A stretch of DNA of 64,000 nt from a virus: positions 1-64,000 of the IMG/VR virus record IMGVR_UViG_3300045988_108496; one strand, written 5' to 3'. Below the pieces are notes generated by a model, which was given only the letters and a program-made list of their open reading frames with translations, made no database searches and had not been told where the DNA came from. Positions 59,921 to 64,000 of this stretch are shown here, piece after piece (position 1 is the first letter of the stretch; every line of letters begins with the position of its first letter). The position numbers and the translations under genes are program-made.

Positions 59921-59964
59921 TTGTATAAAATTCAGGACAACAACACAAAAACACAACACAAAAC

Positions 59965-60477
59965 ATGAACAATCCATTCTACGTTTCGCGAGCCATTGCC
60001 GCAGTGCTCGGCTTGCTGTGGGTTCACATCGAACCCTCGATCAATTTTATCACCGTGTGCTTCTTCGCCCTCATCATCGACTGCTATACGGCATGGCGGT
60101 GCAACCGTCGCATCTACCAAAGATACCGCGAAGAGATAAAGCGCAACCCGAAGTGCAAGATGGACGGCAAGTTGCGCTCCAAGAAGATGGCTAAGATGGT
60201 ATGGACCTTCTCCGTGCTCATCATGTGCATCTGCCTCGCCTCATATCTCGACCGTAACATTCTTGGCTATATGAACACCCACCTCGCCAACCAGCTCACC
60301 GCCATGTACTGCCTCGTTCAGTTCGTCAGCATACTTGAAAACGAGAGCACCTGCAACGGAGCAGCTTGGGCAAGAGTGCTGCAAAAGATTGTGGCAGACA
60401 AGACCGAGCGACACTTCAACGTGAAACTGAAAGAACTGATGAAGGACAAGGAAGCGGAGGAAGCAGCGAAAGAATAA
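59965..60477 (+). CDS. holin-like membrane protein (holin_4-type pattern)
   Basis: ALIIDCYTAWR ... SKKMAKMVWTFSVLIM ... VQFVSILENESTCNG resembles the D..TG / S.K / E..SILEN signature of TcdE-type holins by memory. Confidence 0.5.
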   Translation: MNNPFYVSRAIAAVLGLLWVHIEPSINFITVCFFALIIDCYTAWRCNRRIYQRYREEIKRNPKCKMDGKLRSKKMAKMVWTFSVLIMCICLASYLDRNILGYMNTHLANQLTAMYCLVQFVSILENESTCNGAAWARVLQKIVADKTERHFNVKLKELMKDKEAEEAAKE

Positions 60478-60498
60478 CAAACAAAACTAAGCAGCATT

Positions 60499-61089
60499 AT
60501 GACAATAAGCAATATCCTTGAGCATTGGGCTTCCATCTACAAGCCCCTATCTCACAAACCCGAAAGCGAACGCCTCGAAGACCAGAGTTTCTTCCGCATC
60601 CGCTACATCGACCTTGAGAACATTTTCTCCCGGAACGCCAACATTGTTCATTCACCGTGTATGCTTCAGAGTGTAATTACTACGGGAGAACTCGTTGACG
60701 CTCGCAAGGCAGTAGTATCTCACCAGGTGTGGTTTCTCTTGAAACTAAAAGATGCTCCGCAGACCCTCGGTCGTTATAGCGGTACACAGCTCGAACGTGC
60801 CACAAGCGACCTTGTGGAGTATTGTGAGCAACTTGTTTCATGGCTCTTTGAAGTGAAGCGTACGGGCGTTTGCCCCGTCACCAAACGCAGTTTTGCTGAC
60901 GATGCGCAACTTCTTGCCGAACTTCGCAGCATCGACCCCGAATCTGTATCGTTTGGCGTTATGCCCGACATCTATGCTAACCAGTGGCTCATAGCAGGAG
61001 TGGACTGGAAGAGTCTCAAGCCGCTTTTTTCTTTTCAATGTGGCATGAACGGGCAGTATATTCTGCCCAAGGACAACAGTCAAGAATAG
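60499..61089 (+). CDS. hypothetical protein
   Basis: 196-aa track ORF upstream of the tape measure gene. Confidence 0.45.
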   Translation: MTISNILEHWASIYKPLSHKPESERLEDQSFFRIRYIDLENIFSRNANIVHSPCMLQSVITTGELVDARKAVVSHQVWFLLKLKDAPQTLGRYSGTQLERATSDLVEYCEQLVSWLFEVKRTGVCPVTKRSFADDAQLLAELRSIDPESVSFGVMPDIYANQWLIAGVDWKSLKPLFSFQCGMNGQYILPKDNSQE

Positions 61090-61099
61090 GAGGTAGGTT

Positions 61100-61675
61100 A
61101 TGGCAAGATTTATCTCTCCAGTACAATCGCCCTTCGCTCCATTGTCGCGTATCGCACCGCTGTATCTCAGTCAGACCCTCATGGACCTTGAGGCAAACAT
61201 GCAGGCACAACGCATTTATCCAACAGAAGTATATCGAGGTTACGAGGAGATAAACCAATACCGTAGAGAGCACGGTATGTGGTGGTCTACGGGCGAGGGA
61301 GCAAAGTCGTTCGACGGACATATCTATCAGGCAGATGATACGTCGGGGTTGCTCACGGTAGGCATCCGCTACAATGACTATCTGCGCTACGTTGACCTTG
61401 GTGTCGGCTTGACAGGACACCCGTCTGACCCTGCCGCCCACATTACAGCAGACGTGGTAGACCGTCAACGTCCGGCAAGAAACGCCAAACGTTACATTCG
61501 TGGCAAATGGAATCGTAGGCAGGGTAAGTCACACCGTCCAGCCATCCTACGAACCATTCGCCGACTGCGTGACCGATACCGCAACTATCTTGCCGACTTC
61601 TATGGCTATCAAGGAGCTATAGATATTATACAAGCTCTTGAAGGCTTTGGCGAACACGCCAAGTCTACATTCTAA
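61100..61675 (+). CDS. hypothetical protein
   Basis: 191-aa track ORF preceded by AGGAGG. Upstream of the tape measure gene. Confidence 0.45.
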   Translation: MARFISPVQSPFAPLSRIAPLYLSQTLMDLEANMQAQRIYPTEVYRGYEEINQYRREHGMWWSTGEGAKSFDGHIYQADDTSGLLTVGIRYNDYLRYVDLGVGLTGHPSDPAAHITADVVDRQRPARNAKRYIRGKWNRRQGKSHRPAILRTIRRLRDRYRNYLADFYGYQGAIDIIQALEGFGEHAKSTF

Positions 61676-61699
61676 ACACTAACACAATACAAAAACAGA

Positions 61700-64000
61700 T
61701 ATGGCAAATTTGAAGACCGAAGTAATCCTTACGATGAACGGCAAGGCTGCTATTCAGGTGCTCGAAGCCCTGAGAGATAAAGCCAAATCAGTGAGAGAGG
61801 AAATAGACCATCTCGACGAGAAAGCCCCCGATTTCAAGCAGCGCAAAGCCGGGCTGGAAGAAGTGTATAAGGCTTTGCAGTCAGCTGAAACGGATGTTAT
61901 AAAAGGCACGGAGCGACTGGACCATGCCCTTCAGAATCTTACATCAACATCACTCCAAAACCTCCGCAAGGCTTTGGGTGACGGTCGTCGTCAGTTGCAA
62001 AGTCTATCAGAAGATGAGCTGAAGGAAAACGAGGAAATACGCAAGAAAATGAAGCAGGTGGGCGACCAGGTCCGCTTGCTTGAAGGTCAGTATGTCAAGA
62101 TTCCCGATGGATTAAAGAATATAAAGAACCAGTCAGACCAATGGCTCGACAAGGCCATCAAGCAACAGCGCGACCTCGTAGGCTCATTGGAAAAATCGGA
62201 TGCGTCGTATCAGCAGAATCTCGCCACATTGAAGCAGCTGGAAGCCGAGGAGGATAGACGCAAGGGCAAGATGAGCGTGTTGAAGGCACATCAGACTGTG
62301 AGCAACGATAATGCTTCGGCATCTGATTTGCGCCGAGCCAAGACTACGCTTACTGAGGCCCGCGACAATACACCTACAAAATTTTCTTATACTATTGGCG
62401 ATTATAATCGTGAGCTCCAGGAGATAGAGAAGCGATTGGAGGCCGTGTCGGGCAAGACTCAGAAAGCATCAATGAGCTGGAAGCAGATGAAGCAAGTGTT
62501 GGCTGAACCCAACAAGGCTTCGGGCGAAGATATAAAGCGCACGATGGAAGTGATACAGCAGAAGATACAGCAGCTTCCTGCTGGCAGCAAGTATGTAGCC
62601 GACCTCCGTCGCCAATACTCCATGCTCGAACAGACTCTCAAGGGCACTCGTATGTCGCAGAGTGCCCTCAACGACATTCTCGCTCGTAGCAAGCAGGGTA
62701 AGGCTTCCCTCGACGAACTGCGCCGTGCTTACAAGCAACTCGAAGAGGAACTAAACCAAATCAACACCAAGAGCAAGGAGTTTGCCGATAAGCAGAAGTC
62801 GATGAAGGAGCTGAAGAAGAACATCGACGAGGTGACGGGCGCAGCCAACAAGCAGAGTGGGGCATGGCATACAGCACTGAAGAACCTCACGGCATACGTT
62901 GGATTGTTTGCAGCGTTCAACAAGGCGAAAGAACTTGTGACGGGTGCCATTAAGAAGAATTTGGAGTATTCAGGTTCGTTGACCGACATCCGTAAGGTCA
63001 GCGGTCTGACTATGGAGGAAGTTAAAAAACTCTCTACTGAGTTGGCCAAAATAGACACCAGAACATCCGTTGATGGACTGGCACAGCTCGCCTATGAGGC
63101 ATCTAAACTTGGCGTAGGAAAGTACGGAGTGGAAGGCATGACCCAATTTGTCAGAGCCGCCGATAAAATTAACGTAGCGATCGGCGAGGAAATGGGAGAA
63201 AAAGCCCTCCCATCATTGCTGAAGATGACGGAAGTAATGGGACTTATCCCCAAAATGGGACTCGAAAGATCCATTGAAGCTGTAGGTTCTTCTATGTTTA
63301 AGTTGGCTTCTACATCTACTGCCACGAGCAGTGACATTACTGAGTTTGCAAAGCGATGTACGGGTGTGGCACGAACCGCCGGCATAACAACCGATCAGTT
63401 GCTCGCCCTTGGTAGTGCGTTCAGTGCGCAGATGGCTTCGCCCGAAGTTGCAGCTACTGCCATGTCTAAGTTTATTGTGGCGTTGCAGAAGAACCATAAC
63501 TTGATAGAAAAAGACCTTGCTATTCCTGCCGGAACAATCAACAGCATGTACCAGGCAGGTAACGCTATGGATGCTATTGTCCTCATTCTTGAGAAGATGA
63601 AAGAGAAGGGCAACATGAATGCCCTTGGCGAAATCTTCAAGGACGTAGGAGGTGATGGTCAGCGTCTTATTTCTTCGATGGTTACTATGGCTAAGAATGT
63701 GGATATGTTGAAAGACCATCTCTACGAATCGCAGGAAGCCTTTGAGGAAGCTACAGCCGTAGGTAAAGAATACTCGATGCAGCAGCAGAGTGCCATCGGT
63801 ATTCTCGAAAGAGCTAACAACCTTTGGGAAAAGGCGTTTGTCAATCCTGACGGTGTAGACGCTGTAAAGGGTATGGCGGAATGGTGGTATGAGATGTCGG
63901 CAACGATGACAAGCAGTCCGTTACTGAAAGGCACATTGCTTGTTTCTCTTCAGATGGTTCTTATAGCATTGAAAGCCGTAGCGTCCCTTTTGCCGGTAAT
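61700..64000 (+). CDS. tail tape measure protein (3' end outside window)
   Basis: Frame open for 767 codons from ATG 61700 to the window edge, and not in the track. Long coiled-coil N-terminus, then a TP901-type TMP core (GSLTDIRKVSGLT...LAYEASKLGV...ITEFAKRCTGVARTAGI). Confidence 0.8.

Noticed and set aside
1-64000. Integrase/recombinase, transposase, reverse transcriptase (DGR/retron), toxin-antitoxin pairs
   Set aside because: I read all track ORFs of 100 aa or more for the R..H..R..Y, serine-recombinase, DDE and YxDD motifs and found none I could support. Small TA-like pairs cannot be excluded without profile searches.

Overview
One continuous stretch of a tailed-phage genome with Bacteroidota-style regulatory grammar: at least five TTTG-N20-TAnnTTTG promoters and several lipobox lipoproteins. 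Layout: (1) 1-5.1 kb, accessory genes (YopX-like, GNAT, SPFH lipoprotein). (2) 5.2-22.9 kb, a portal-like gene, a DNA methyltransferase and a long + strand run of virion/tail-fibre genes ending in a lysis-type pair. (3) 22.9-25.3 kb, a minus-strand island with a surface-type lipoprotein and two paralogous HTH proteins. (4) 25.3-35.5 kb, about 20 small early-type genes separated by stereotyped hairpin/promoter cassettes, plus a 22-unit 10-bp array. (5) 35.5-54.1 kb, a replication/maintenance module: NAD-dependent ligase with a membrane anchor, ParA plus RHH partner, iteron-flanked Rep, XRE-type switch, DEDD exonuclease, primase-helicase, SSB-like protein, beta clamp. (6) 54.2-59.9 kb, a minus-strand block with large terminase, NPPY methyltransferase and a PAPS-reductase-like gene. 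(7) 59.9-64 kb, a holin-like gene and a tape-measure gene that runs off the right edge. I did not recognise an integrase, DNA polymerase, major capsid protein, rRNA, canonical tRNA or CRISPR array. The most unusual signals are non-coding or architectural: 8-nt G/C homopolymers inside all three DNA-modification genes; a plasmid-type ParA/RHH/Rep replicon with a 336-bp quasi-palindromic iteron origin inside a phage; several 10-bp-phased repeat arrays; a pair of tRNA-like minihelices; and families of covarying hairpins and promoter boxes. All protein calls rest on motifs recognised by eye. No homology search or RNA folding was possible, and statistics are back-of-envelope only.
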